24,450 bases of DNA. Source: a virus. Lineage: Duplodnaviria; Caudoviricetes. A program made the position numbers and the translations under genes. Positions within the stretch are counted from its first letter, which is position 1. Each line of letters begins with the position of its first letter. Below are positions 1-8,084 of the stretch, piece by piece. The notes under the pieces are model-generated. The model was not told the origin of the DNA. It searched no databases and saw only the letters and a program-made list of their open reading frames with translations. The DNA lies in the IMG/VR virus record IMGVR_UViG_3300017784_003727, positions 1-24,450 of that record. One strand, given 5' to 3'.

Positions 1-48
1 AACTCTAACGTTTATTATCGCAAGGTAATTGTAAACAACATTATGTAA
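1..48 (+). CDS. gp23: Major capsid protein gp23, 3' end (partial)
   Basis: Frame 1 reads NSNVYYRKVIVNNIM*, matching the N-x-YYR-x-V-x-V-x-N-L/I-M C-terminus of T4-like major capsid proteins; followed by a strong terminator and lies upstream of gene 3. Confidence 0.85.
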   Translation, partial: NSNVYYRKVIVNNIM

Positions 49-106
49 TTTAACCTTACTAATTTTAAGGTAAGGATACATAAGACGGTTTCAAGCCGCA
101 AACTTT

Positions 107-134
107 AAGGGGAGCTTCGGCTCCCCTTTTTTTT
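107..134 (+). terminator. Rho-independent terminator after gp23
   Basis: AAGGGGAGC-TTCG-GCTCCCCTT hairpin with C(UUCG)G tetraloop followed by T8. Confidence 0.95.
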
Positions 135-135
135 A

Positions 136-143
136 TATAAATA
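136..143 (+). promoter_or_regulatory. T4-type late promoter TATAAATA
   Basis: Exact gp55 consensus, intergenic, directly after the terminator and 23 nt before ATG 167. Confidence 0.85.
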
Positions 144-166
144 GATGAAAGCGGAAAGAAAGTAAC

Positions 167-934
167 ATGAAGTCTTTTAAACATTTCATTAAAGAAAAAT
201 ATGTAAAACCAATTAAGCCATCAAGCGGTGCAATTGAGGTTGGTGATAGCATTAATGCTTTTGGTCGTGGCGCATTTAATTCAACGACTATGGATCTTGG
301 GAAATACGGAAGAGCTGGCGCTGAATATGGCGTAAAGAAACTATTAGGTCGTGATACAACATATCAGCAAGAGTTAGACCAAGAAAAAGAAAAAGATACA
401 TCAGCCCAAGAAAAGAACCCTACAGCATATAGTGCTGGTGGTTATACAGCTGATGCTGCAGCGATAGCAACTGGAGTTGGTGGTTTGGTTAAAGCTGGTA
501 CTAAATATGGTGTTAAACATATGGCTAAAGATATTTTATCATCAAAAAGAGTTGGCGGAGTATATGGTGACGATGCTGGAGAATACAGCGTTAACACTTT
601 AATTAAAAGAACCAAAGATAGAACTCCTGAAGAAATTCCTGTCAAAAATGTTATAACTAAAAACAAGGAATTGGGTACAAAAGAGGGTAATTTTGCGGAT
701 AATGTATATAATCCAAATCCCGATTTTAAAGTAAGAGCAAATAAATCAAACACTCAATATCCTATATTAACAGATAAAGATGGATATATAGTAGATGGCT
801 CACACAGAGTTGCTAAAACGTATTGGCAAAATCCAGAATCAGCTATTAAAGCTCAACAACTTTCTCCAGCAGATTTTGATGCTGCCAAAATTAAAAATCC
901 TATTCACAAATGGTTAGCTTCTAGAGTAAAATAA
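167..934 (+). CDS. Putative internal head protein with C-terminal ParB/Srx-like domain
   Basis: N-terminus MKSFKHFIKE resembles the T4 IP capsid-targeting sequence; Gly/Ala-rich middle; YPILTDKDGYIVDGSHRVAK ParB-N motif. Confidence 0.7.
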   Translation: MKSFKHFIKEKYVKPIKPSSGAIEVGDSINAFGRGAFNSTTMDLGKYGRAGAEYGVKKLLGRDTTYQQELDQEKEKDTSAQEKNPTAYSAGGYTADAAAIATGVGGLVKAGTKYGVKHMAKDILSSKRVGGVYGDDAGEYSVNTLIKRTKDRTPEEIPVKNVITKNKELGTKEGNFADNVYNPNPDFKVRANKSNTQYPILTDKDGYIVDGSHRVAKTYWQNPESAIKAQQLSPADFDAAKIKNPIHKWLASRVK

Positions 935-969
935 TGTCAGCAGTAGATAATACCCCATTAAATAGATGA
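934..969 (+). pseudogene. Relic of gene 3 5' end (MSAVDNTPLNR*)
   Basis: Overlaps the upstream stop (TAATG); translation is near-identical to the gene 3 N-terminus (x)SAIDNTPANK at 1580. Confidence 0.65.
957..964 (+). promoter_or_regulatory. Probable late promoter variant (ATTAAATA)
   Basis: TAAATA core inside a 13-nt block (TAAATAGATGAAA) identical to 138-150. Confidence 0.55.
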
Positions 970-983
970 AACGGAGACCGCTG

Positions 984-1541
984 ATGCTTTCTTTCAAACA
1001 ATTCATTAAAGAAAATGATAATAATGATACTTTCAGTGATGATCATCTCAGTATATATCCAGATGGTCGAGGATCCGATGTAGGGGATAATGTTCCTAAA
1101 AGCGAAACTACATTAATACCTACCAAATCTGCTTCTGGTAATGAACCAGATAAAGATGATTCATTCTTTAATAGTCCAGAAAAAGAAACCTATATGAATA
1201 AAATGTCTTCTGATATTAAAAAAGGCAAAGAGATGCCTCCAGTTATATCAACACCAAATCCAGCAGATCCAGAACACAACGTTGTTTTAGATGGTAATCA
1301 TAGAATGGAAGCTCACAAGCAAGCAGGTGTACCAAACATTCCTACACAACACGTCGATCATGATGATATTCATTTAGCTTCTCATGATTATGAACATCCA
1401 GATCAAACTTTTCATAAACTTTCATCATTTAGAGAACCAGATGGTTCATATGATATGAATAAACCAAGAGAACCATTGGGTGGAAAAAATTTAGGTCGTT
1501 ATTTTGTACAACCTAATGGAAGCCATCAATTTGAAAGTTAA
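984..1541 (+). CDS. Putative internal head protein, ParB/Srx-like domain
   Basis: Start moved to ATG 984 (GGAG at 973-976) giving MLSFKQFIKE; motif MPPVI...VVLDGNHRMEAHKQAGVPNIP. Confidence 0.75.
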   Translation: MLSFKQFIKENDNNDTFSDDHLSIYPDGRGSDVGDNVPKSETTLIPTKSASGNEPDKDDSFFNSPEKETYMNKMSSDIKKGKEMPPVISTPNPADPEHNVVLDGNHRMEAHKQAGVPNIPTQHVDHDDIHLASHDYEHPDQTFHKLSSFREPDGSYDMNKPREPLGGKNLGRYFVQPNGSHQFES

Positions 1542-1579
1542 TTCGAAAAATAGTTGTAAAAATTATATAGGAGGCTAAA

Positions 1580-2101
1580 ATTAGCGCTATAGATAATACA
1601 CCAGCAAATAAAAACTTTCTTTCTCCTCTTGGTTTTAAATTTCAAATCAAGAAAGCTCCTCATGTCAATTTTTTCATACAGCAAGTAAATATTCCTTCAA
1701 TTTTTTTACAACCTGTTGAAACAGGAAATCCATTTGTTAATATTCCATTTCCTGGAGAACATTTAAAATTTGGCGAATTGAAAATCTCTTTCAAAGTTGA
1801 TGAAGATTTAAAAAATTATCTTGAAATTTATAATTGGATTAGAGCTTTAGGTAAACCTGAAAATTATGATCAATATAAAACAATTCAAGATGAACCAATA
1901 GCTTCTGGCGATGGCATATATTCTGATATTTCGTTGATAGTTTTATCTAGCTCTAAAATGGCAAACTATGAAATAATATTTGTTGATGCATATCCTGTAT
2001 TAATAAACGATTTAAGTTTCAATTCAATTGATACAGACGTTAGCTATGTAAATGCAAGTGTAACATTTAAATATACTCATTTCACAATATCTGACATTTA
2101 A
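1580..2101 (+). CDS. gp3: Tail tube terminator / tail completion protein gp3 (ATT start)
   Basis: Open frame extends 66 codons upstream of the tracked ORF (SAIDNTPANKNFLSPLGFKFQIKKAPHVNFFIQQVNIP...); AGGAGG at 1569-1574; 173 aa; NFLSP.GF, FKVDEDLKNY.EIYNW and VTFKYT are gp3 motifs; canonical position before uvsY. Confidence 0.88.
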   Translation: MSAIDNTPANKNFLSPLGFKFQIKKAPHVNFFIQQVNIPSIFLQPVETGNPFVNIPFPGEHLKFGELKISFKVDEDLKNYLEIYNWIRALGKPENYDQYKTIQDEPIASGDGIYSDISLIVLSSSKMANYEIIFVDAYPVLINDLSFNSIDTDVSYVNASVTFKYTHFTISDI

Positions 2102-2104
2102 TTG

Positions 2105-2133
2105 TTGATTTTTCCTTAAAGTAATAGTATAAT
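2105..2133 (+). promoter_or_regulatory. Sigma70-type promoter for uvsY
   Basis: TTGATT-17 bp-TATAAT, intergenic. Confidence 0.8.
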
Positions 2134-2162
2134 AGAACTATTATGTAAGAGGAGGAATTTTA

Positions 2163-2597
2163 ATGAAGTTAGAAGAAATTTTTGAACAATGGAAAATTAA
2201 TTCTAATATCGACAAAACAGAGCTTGGTGACGAAGTTCTAAACATTCCAAAGTTACACCACAAATATTATCAGATATTAATAAACGAAAGGCTTCTTCTT
2301 AGATCTCATGAAGCCGAAATGAAAAAATTAAAATTAGATAAACATGAGTTTTTTACTCAGGGACCTAATGAAGAAACCAAAACAAAAGGTTGGAAACTTC
2401 CAGCAAAAGGTTTAATTTTAAAATCTGATATACCTATGTATATAGATGCTGATGATGATCTAATTAAACTGTCTCTTAAAATAGGTGTACAGCAAGAAAA
2501 AATTGATTTATTAGAATCTATTATCAGAACTTTGATGAATAGAGGTTATAATGTTAAAGCTGCTATAGATTGGCAAAAATTTATTAATGGTGGTTAA
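2163..2597 (+). CDS. uvsY: Recombination mediator UvsY
   Basis: IPKLHHKY...YIDADDD...NRGYNVKAAIDWQKF motifs; size; synteny with uvsW; GAGGAGG RBS. Confidence 0.92.
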   Translation: MKLEEIFEQWKINSNIDKTELGDEVLNIPKLHHKYYQILINERLLLRSHEAEMKKLKLDKHEFFTQGPNEETKTKGWKLPAKGLILKSDIPMYIDADDDLIKLSLKIGVQQEKIDLLESIIRTLMNRGYNVKAAIDWQKFINGG

Positions 2598-4072
2598 TGG
2601 AAATTATTGAAATTGTAAAATTTAATGAAACATATGTGAAAATATTATGTGAACCAAGTATATCCCAAGAACTAAACGATTATTTTACGTTTGATGTTCC
2701 TGGAGCTAAATTTATGCCTTCTTACAGAAATAAATTGTGGGATGGTAAAATTAGACTTTATAATTTTTTAACTCAATTATTATATACCGGTCTTACTCGA
2801 TATGTTGAAGAATTTTGCAAAACAAGAAAATACGAATTAGAATATAAGTATAAAAATATTTCTGAAGAATTTTCTATTCATGAAGCCAGAAATTTTATAA
2901 AGACTCTAAATATTCCAGAAAAGTATGAATCTCGAGATTACCAACTCGAAGCTTTTGTACATTCTGTTCGTGAAAATCGAGCATTATTGCTCTCACCAAC
3001 TGCTTCTGGTAAATCACTAATTATCTACTTATTAATGAGGTACTATAATGTTAAAACGCTTATTATCGTTCCTACAACAACTTTGGTCCACCAACTCGCT
3101 TCCGATTTTAAAGATTACGGCTACGGTAAACGATCAGATAACGGATTCAGTAACGACATCCACAAAATTTATGGAGGTCAAGAAAAAAGTTCCGAAGCCC
3201 AAGTCACCATCTCAACGTGGCAAAGCATCTACAAAGAAAACAAAGATTGGTTCAACAAATACGATGTAGTAATCGGCGACGAAGCTCATCTATTTAAAGC
3301 AAAATCTTTAATTTCAATTATGTCTAAATTAGAGAATTGCAAATACCGTTTTGGATTTACTGGGACATTAGATGGAACACAAACACATAAACTTGTGCTT
3401 GAAGGTTTATTTGGTCCTGTTCGTAAAGTTATAACAACATCAGAATTAATAGATCAAAATTATCTGGCTAATTTTAAAATAAAAGCTATAGTATTATCTT
3501 ACCCAGATGAAATTCGTAAAATGATTATTAGATCTGCAGATTATCAAGCAGAAATAGATTATATTGTAAAATTTAAGGCTAGAAATAATTTTATTAAAAA
3601 TTTATCACTTTCTTTAGAAGGCAACACTTTACTTCTTTTTCAATTCGTTGAAAAACATGGTAAATATCTTTATGATATTATAAACAAAGAATCAGGTAGT
3701 AAAAAAATATATTTTGTTCATGGAGGCGTTGAAGGTTCTGAAAGAGAATATATTCGTAAAATTGTTAATGAAGATATAGGTAATATTATTGTTGCTTCAT
3801 ATGGTACATTTTCTACTGGAATTAACATACCTAATATTGATAATATTATATTTGCTTCTCCTTCTAAATCCAGAATTAGAAATTTACAATCTATTGGTCG
3901 TGGTTTAAGAAAAACAAACAGAAAAACAGAAGCTACATTATTTGATATTGCTGATGATATAAGTTGGAAAAATAATAAAAACTTTACCTTGCTCCATTTT
4001 ATGGAACGTATAAAGATATACAACGAAGAGAAATTCAATTACAAAATATATAAGGTAAACATTAACATCTAA
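2597..4072 (+). CDS. uvsW: SF2 DNA helicase UvsW
   Basis: RDYQ, SPTASGKS, GDEAH, TGT, QSIGRGLR motifs; WDGKIRL N-terminal motif. Confidence 0.96.
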   Translation: MEIIEIVKFNETYVKILCEPSISQELNDYFTFDVPGAKFMPSYRNKLWDGKIRLYNFLTQLLYTGLTRYVEEFCKTRKYELEYKYKNISEEFSIHEARNFIKTLNIPEKYESRDYQLEAFVHSVRENRALLLSPTASGKSLIIYLLMRYYNVKTLIIVPTTTLVHQLASDFKDYGYGKRSDNGFSNDIHKIYGGQEKSSEAQVTISTWQSIYKENKDWFNKYDVVIGDEAHLFKAKSLISIMSKLENCKYRFGFTGTLDGTQTHKLVLEGLFGPVRKVITTSELIDQNYLANFKIKAIVLSYPDEIRKMIIRSADYQAEIDYIVKFKARNNFIKNLSLSLEGNTLLLFQFVEKHGKYLYDIINKESGSKKIYFVHGGVEGSEREYIRKIVNEDIGNIIVASYGTFSTGINIPNIDNIIFASPSKSRIRNLQSIGRGLRKTNRKTEATLFDIADDISWKNNKNFTLLHFMERIKIYNEEKFNYKIYKVNINI

Positions 4073-4129
4073 TAGATCACATCAACATAATTGATTATAC
4101 TCTTTTTTTAAAAAAAGTAAAGGACTAAA

Positions 4130-4690
4130 ATGGCTACTAAGAAAAAAAATAATTATATTAATAACAAAACTCTTTATACTGCGATGATTGAACATCGTAG
4201 AGACATAAAGGAAGCTCATGAAAATAATAAACCAAAACCAAGAGCATGCAAATATATTGGTGAGTCTTTAATTTTAATTTGTAACAATTTAGCTAAGAAA
4301 CCAAATTTTTCAGGATACACATATAAAGGAGATATGATCTCAGATGGCATTATTGATTGCGTCGCAGCTATCGATAATTTTAATCCTGAGAAAACTACAA
4401 ATCCTTTTGCATACTTTACTCAAATTGCTTGGAATGCATTTATTAGAAGAATACACAAAGAAAAAAAACAAACATATATTAAACACAAAAATTATGAAAA
4501 CAGTTTTCTGATGGATAGTATGGGTGATGTTGAACACACTATGCATTTAAATTCAAATGAGTATTCAGGAGAAATTGTAAAAAACTTCGAAAATAACTTG
4601 ATTAAAATTAAAAAAAATAGTATACTAAAGGGTATTGAAAAATTTTCAGAAGGAGAAATAAATGAAGAACCAGCATTTAATCCCAGCTAA
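4130..4690 (+). CDS. gp55: Late transcription sigma factor gp55
   Basis: NYINNK, KPNFSGYTY..DMISDG, NFNPEK..NPFAYFTQI..NAF.RRI.KEKKQ motifs. Confidence 0.95.
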   Translation: MATKKKNNYINNKTLYTAMIEHRRDIKEAHENNKPKPRACKYIGESLILICNNLAKKPNFSGYTYKGDMISDGIIDCVAAIDNFNPEKTTNPFAYFTQIAWNAFIRRIHKEKKQTYIKHKNYENSFLMDSMGDVEHTMHLNSNEYSGEIVKNFENNLIKIKKNSILKGIEKFSEGEINEEPAFNPS

Positions 4691-4883
4691 TGTAATTGAT
4701 TTGGTTGAAAAAATTAATTTTGCTGGTGAAAATGAAAAACCATATTTGTTGCAAAGACTTGAGGCTATTAGAGATTATTGTGATTATGTATTGATTAAAG
4801 CAAATAATCCAACTAAAAATTTATTTGATAAAAAAACTAAATCTAAATTAAATTATTCACGTGTTGGTAAAAATAACGTATGA
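4662..4883 (+). CDS. Hypothetical protein
   Basis: AAGGAG RBS; fills gap between gp55 and gp47 with ATGA overlap at its 3' end. Confidence 0.75.
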   Translation: MKNQHLIPANVIDLVEKINFAGENEKPYLLQRLEAIRDYCDYVLIKANNPTKNLFDKKTKSKLNYSRVGKNNV

Positions 4884-5944
4884 AAATAGTTTTGATAACA
4901 GACACACATTGGGGAATTCGTAATGATAATGTCGCATTTATTGACAACAGTAAAAAATTTATCGATAAAGTATTTTTTCCATATATCGACAGCAATAATA
5001 TTAGCACAGTTTTTCATCTTGGCGATCTTGTTGATAGGAGAAAATATGTAAATATAAACACAGCTAAAAGATTAAGAGAAGATTTTCTTATACCGCTTTC
5101 TGAAAGAAATTTAGATGTTCATTTAATTGCAGGAAATCATGATACATATTACAAAAATACAAATGATGTTAATTCACTTACAGAATTGGTTGTTGGTAAA
5201 TATAATTTCAAAATTTATGACAAAAACGCCCACGAGTGTATTTTTGATGGAGTGCCTATTATTTTTATTCCTTGGATTTGTGATGAGAATAGAAAACAAA
5301 TTTTAGATTCATTACAAAATACTTCAGCACAAATTGTGGTAGGTCATTTAGAACTTCAAGGTTTTGAAATGTATAGAGGATCTATAAATTCTCATGGTGA
5401 TGATCGTAAAATCTTTGATCGTTTCGATATTGTTATGTCTGGTCATTATCATCATCGTTCTAACGATGGACATATTTTTTACTTGGGTTCACATGGTGAA
5501 TTTACTTGGTCAGATTATGATGATCCACGTGGCTTTCATGTTTTCGATACTGAAACAAGAGAGTTAACTTTTATTGAAAATCCATATAAAATGTTTAAGA
5601 AAATTTGGTATAATGATAATGATGAAAATTTCTTACAAAAGAAAATAGATTATGCCCAATTTCAAGGGACTATGGTAAAAGTTATTGTCACAAACAAAAC
5701 TAATCATTTTTGGTTCGATAAATTTATTGAAAATATTGAAAATGAAAATCCTATTGATATGCAAATTGTAGAAGACCATTTACATCTAGATCATCTTCAA
5801 GATCAAGATATAATAAACGAAACTGAATCTACAATAAAAATATTTGAAAAATATATCGATTTGTATGAAGTTAAAAATCTAGATAAAAATAAACTTATGA
5901 AAAAAATTACTGAAATATATAATGAAGCAATAGGTGTAGGTTGA
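4880..5944 (+). CDS. gp47: Recombination endonuclease subunit gp47 (Mre11/SbcD-like)
   Basis: Metallophosphoesterase motifs TDTH, GDLVD, GNHD, GHLE, SGHYH. Confidence 0.95.
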   Translation: MKIVLITDTHWGIRNDNVAFIDNSKKFIDKVFFPYIDSNNISTVFHLGDLVDRRKYVNINTAKRLREDFLIPLSERNLDVHLIAGNHDTYYKNTNDVNSLTELVVGKYNFKIYDKNAHECIFDGVPIIFIPWICDENRKQILDSLQNTSAQIVVGHLELQGFEMYRGSINSHGDDRKIFDRFDIVMSGHYHHRSNDGHIFYLGSHGEFTWSDYDDPRGFHVFDTETRELTFIENPYKMFKKIWYNDNDENFLQKKIDYAQFQGTMVKVIVTNKTNHFWFDKFIENIENENPIDMQIVEDHLHLDHLQDQDIINETESTIKIFEKYIDLYEVKNLDKNKLMKKITEIYNEAIGVG

Positions 5945-6168
5945 AGATAATTCATATCAATCGTAATATAATACAGCAGAATGCCAAGCATGACAAAGAA
6001 GAACCTGTTGTCCGTGTAGAAGAAAACGGCAAGGTTCGTTATTGTATGGAAGTTGATATTAAAGGACCATCACGTATGATATATCGTCCAGATAAGCCAC
6101 GACCTTGTGGTGCAAAGCTGTGGATCGAGACAGATGCAGATGTTGAAATGATAGGTGTGAGAGTTTGA
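5941..6168 (+). CDS. Conserved hypothetical phage protein
   Basis: IIHIN...GPS..IY.PDKP..CGAKLWIET pattern recognisable from phage hypotheticals; TTG start, overlaps both neighbours. Confidence 0.75.
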   Translation: MKIIHINRNIIQQNAKHDKEEPVVRVEENGKVRYCMEVDIKGPSRMIYRPDKPRPCGAKLWIETDADVEMIGVRV

Positions 6169-7874
6169 TATATTTTAAGACGATACGATACAAGAACTTC
6201 CTTTCTACGGGCAATATTTTTACTGAATTAGAACTAAACACTTGTAACACAACTCTTATTGTGGGCGAAAATGGAGCAGGTAAATCAACTTTACTTGATG
6301 CTTTATCATTTGCTTTATTTGGAAAACCATTTAGAAAAATTAATAAACCACAATTATTGAATACAATAACTCAAAAAAATCTTGTTGTTGAACTTGAATT
6401 TGATATTGGTTCTAATAACTTTAAAATTATTCGTGGTGTAAAACCAAATATCTTTGAAGTTTTTCAAAATGATAAACTAATGAATCAGTCAGCTGAAATG
6501 AAAGATTATCAAGAAATTTTAGAAAAACAAATAATTAAAGTAAATCATAAATCTTTTAGTCAAGTTGTTGTTCTGGGTACAGCAACCTTCCAACCGTTTA
6601 TGCAACTTTCTGCTTATCAACGTAGAGAAGTTATTGAAGATTTACTTGATTTACAAATTTTTACAACTATGAATTCTTTGTTAAAAGATAAAATTACTAT
6701 CAATTTAGAAAGAATACAAACTTTATCTTCAGAAAAAAAAATAATTGAAGAAAAAATATCTTTAATTAAAGAACACCTTTCAGAATTACAAATTAATAAT
6801 GATAAATTTATTGAAGAAAAGAAAGCTAGAATTACTGAAACAAACGAACAAATACAGAAACTTGATAATGAATATTTGATTTATGAAAAAAACCGTAAAC
6901 AACTCGAAGAATCTTTAAAAGATGAAACTGCAGTTTCTAAAAAAATGAATAGGTTGAATCAATTAAAACACCAAATTGAAGCAAATCTCGGAATCTTAAA
7001 TAAGGAAGTTGGTTTTTTCCACAAGTATGATAATTGCCCAACTTGTAAGCAACAAATCGACGAGAAATTTAAAGTTGAAACCATTGATATAAAAGAAATT
7101 CAAATTAAAAAAATACAGGATGGTTTAGAAAAACTTAGTGAAGAATATAATATAGTTAGTTCTCGTATTAATGAAATGATGGAAATCCACTCTCAAATAA
7201 ACCAAAATAAACTTGAAATAAGTCGAGTTAAAACTAAAATATTTTCTTTGGTTGAGTATCGTGGCACTTTAGAAAAAGAAATTAAAAATGTTGGAGATAA
7301 AATTACAGCAGAAGAAAATAATAAAGTTCCTGAATTAGAGAAAAATTTTAAAGAAATTGAAAAAAATTATTATGATTATCTTGAAGAAAGAAACATACTG
7401 CATGTTGCATCTAATCTTTTAAAAGACGGTGGCATTAAATCTAAAATTGTTAAACAATATATTCCTATTATTAATAAGTTAATTAACAAATATCTTTCAG
7501 CTATGGAATTTATGTGTCAATTTGAATTAGATGAAGAATTTAACGAAACCATTAAATCAAGATACAGAGACATATTCAGTTATTCTTCTTTCTCTGAAGG
7601 TGAGAAAATGCGTATTAACCTTGCTGTTCTTTTTACTTGGAGAGCAATAGCCAAGTTAAGAAACTCAATTAATACAAATATTTTAATTATGGATGAAGTT
7701 TTCGATAGCTCTTTAGATTCAAATGGTACAGAAGAATTTTTAAAGATAATAAACACCTTGACTTCTGACACAAATACGTTTATAATAAGTCATAAGACAG
7801 ATCAACTTTATGACAAGTTCAACAAGGTGATCAAATTTGAGAAACGTAAAAATTTCTCGAAAATAGTTTCGTAG
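6165..7874 (+). CDS. gp46: Recombination ATPase gp46 (Rad50/SbcC-like)
   Basis: KNFLS.G, GENGAGKS Walker A, CPTC zinc hook in coiled coil, FSEGEK signature, MDEVFD, ISH. Confidence 0.96.
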   Translation: MIYFKTIRYKNFLSTGNIFTELELNTCNTTLIVGENGAGKSTLLDALSFALFGKPFRKINKPQLLNTITQKNLVVELEFDIGSNNFKIIRGVKPNIFEVFQNDKLMNQSAEMKDYQEILEKQIIKVNHKSFSQVVVLGTATFQPFMQLSAYQRREVIEDLLDLQIFTTMNSLLKDKITINLERIQTLSSEKKIIEEKISLIKEHLSELQINNDKFIEEKKARITETNEQIQKLDNEYLIYEKNRKQLEESLKDETAVSKKMNRLNQLKHQIEANLGILNKEVGFFHKYDNCPTCKQQIDEKFKVETIDIKEIQIKKIQDGLEKLSEEYNIVSSRINEMMEIHSQINQNKLEISRVKTKIFSLVEYRGTLEKEIKNVGDKITAEENNKVPELEKNFKEIEKNYYDYLEERNILHVASNLLKDGGIKSKIVKQYIPIINKLINKYLSAMEFMCQFELDEEFNETIKSRYRDIFSYSSFSEGEKMRINLAVLFTWRAIAKLRNSINTNILIMDEVFDSSLDSNGTEEFLKIINTLTSDTNTFIISHKTDQLYDKFNKVIKFEKRKNFSKIVS

Positions 7875-7901
7875 TTTATGCATAAAAACAGGTAAATAAT
7901 C

Positions 7902-8084
7902 ATGAAAAATAAATGGACTGTAGAATTACAAGAAGATCCAGAAACAAAAGAATTAATAATGCCCTTTCCGATTGATCTTCTCACACAAATGGGTTGGAGT
8001 GAAGAAACTGATCTTTGGTGGGAAATAGAAAATGATACTGTAATATTGAAAGTAAAAGATGAAACTAAATCTAGTAAATCATAA
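7902..8084 (+). CDS. Small protein, possible AbrB/MazE-like swapped-hairpin DNA-binding fold
   Basis: Pattern LIMPFP..LL..MGW.E...L.W......VIL; AGGT RBS. Confidence 0.6.
   Translation: MKNKWTVELQEDPETKELIMPFPIDLLTQMGWSEETDLWWEIENDTVILKVKDETKSSKS

Noticed and set aside
53-99. Weak hairpins after the gp23 stop (ACCTTA/TAAGGT; CGGTT/AGCCG)
   Set aside because: Short stems; not enough to call an ncRNA or a second terminator
442-753. Minus-strand 103-aa ORF and the other minus-strand ORFs in the track
   Set aside because: All lie antisense to well-supported + strand genes, with no recognisable motifs; typical shadow ORFs
966-983. Tracked start (MKRRPL extension) of the second ParB gene
   Set aside because: ATG 966 lies inside the promoter module; ATG 984 has an RBS and gives the capsid-targeting N-terminus
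1778-2101. gp3 as a 107-aa protein or truncated pseudogene
   Set aside because: Conserved gp3 sequence continues in frame to 1580 behind a strong SD
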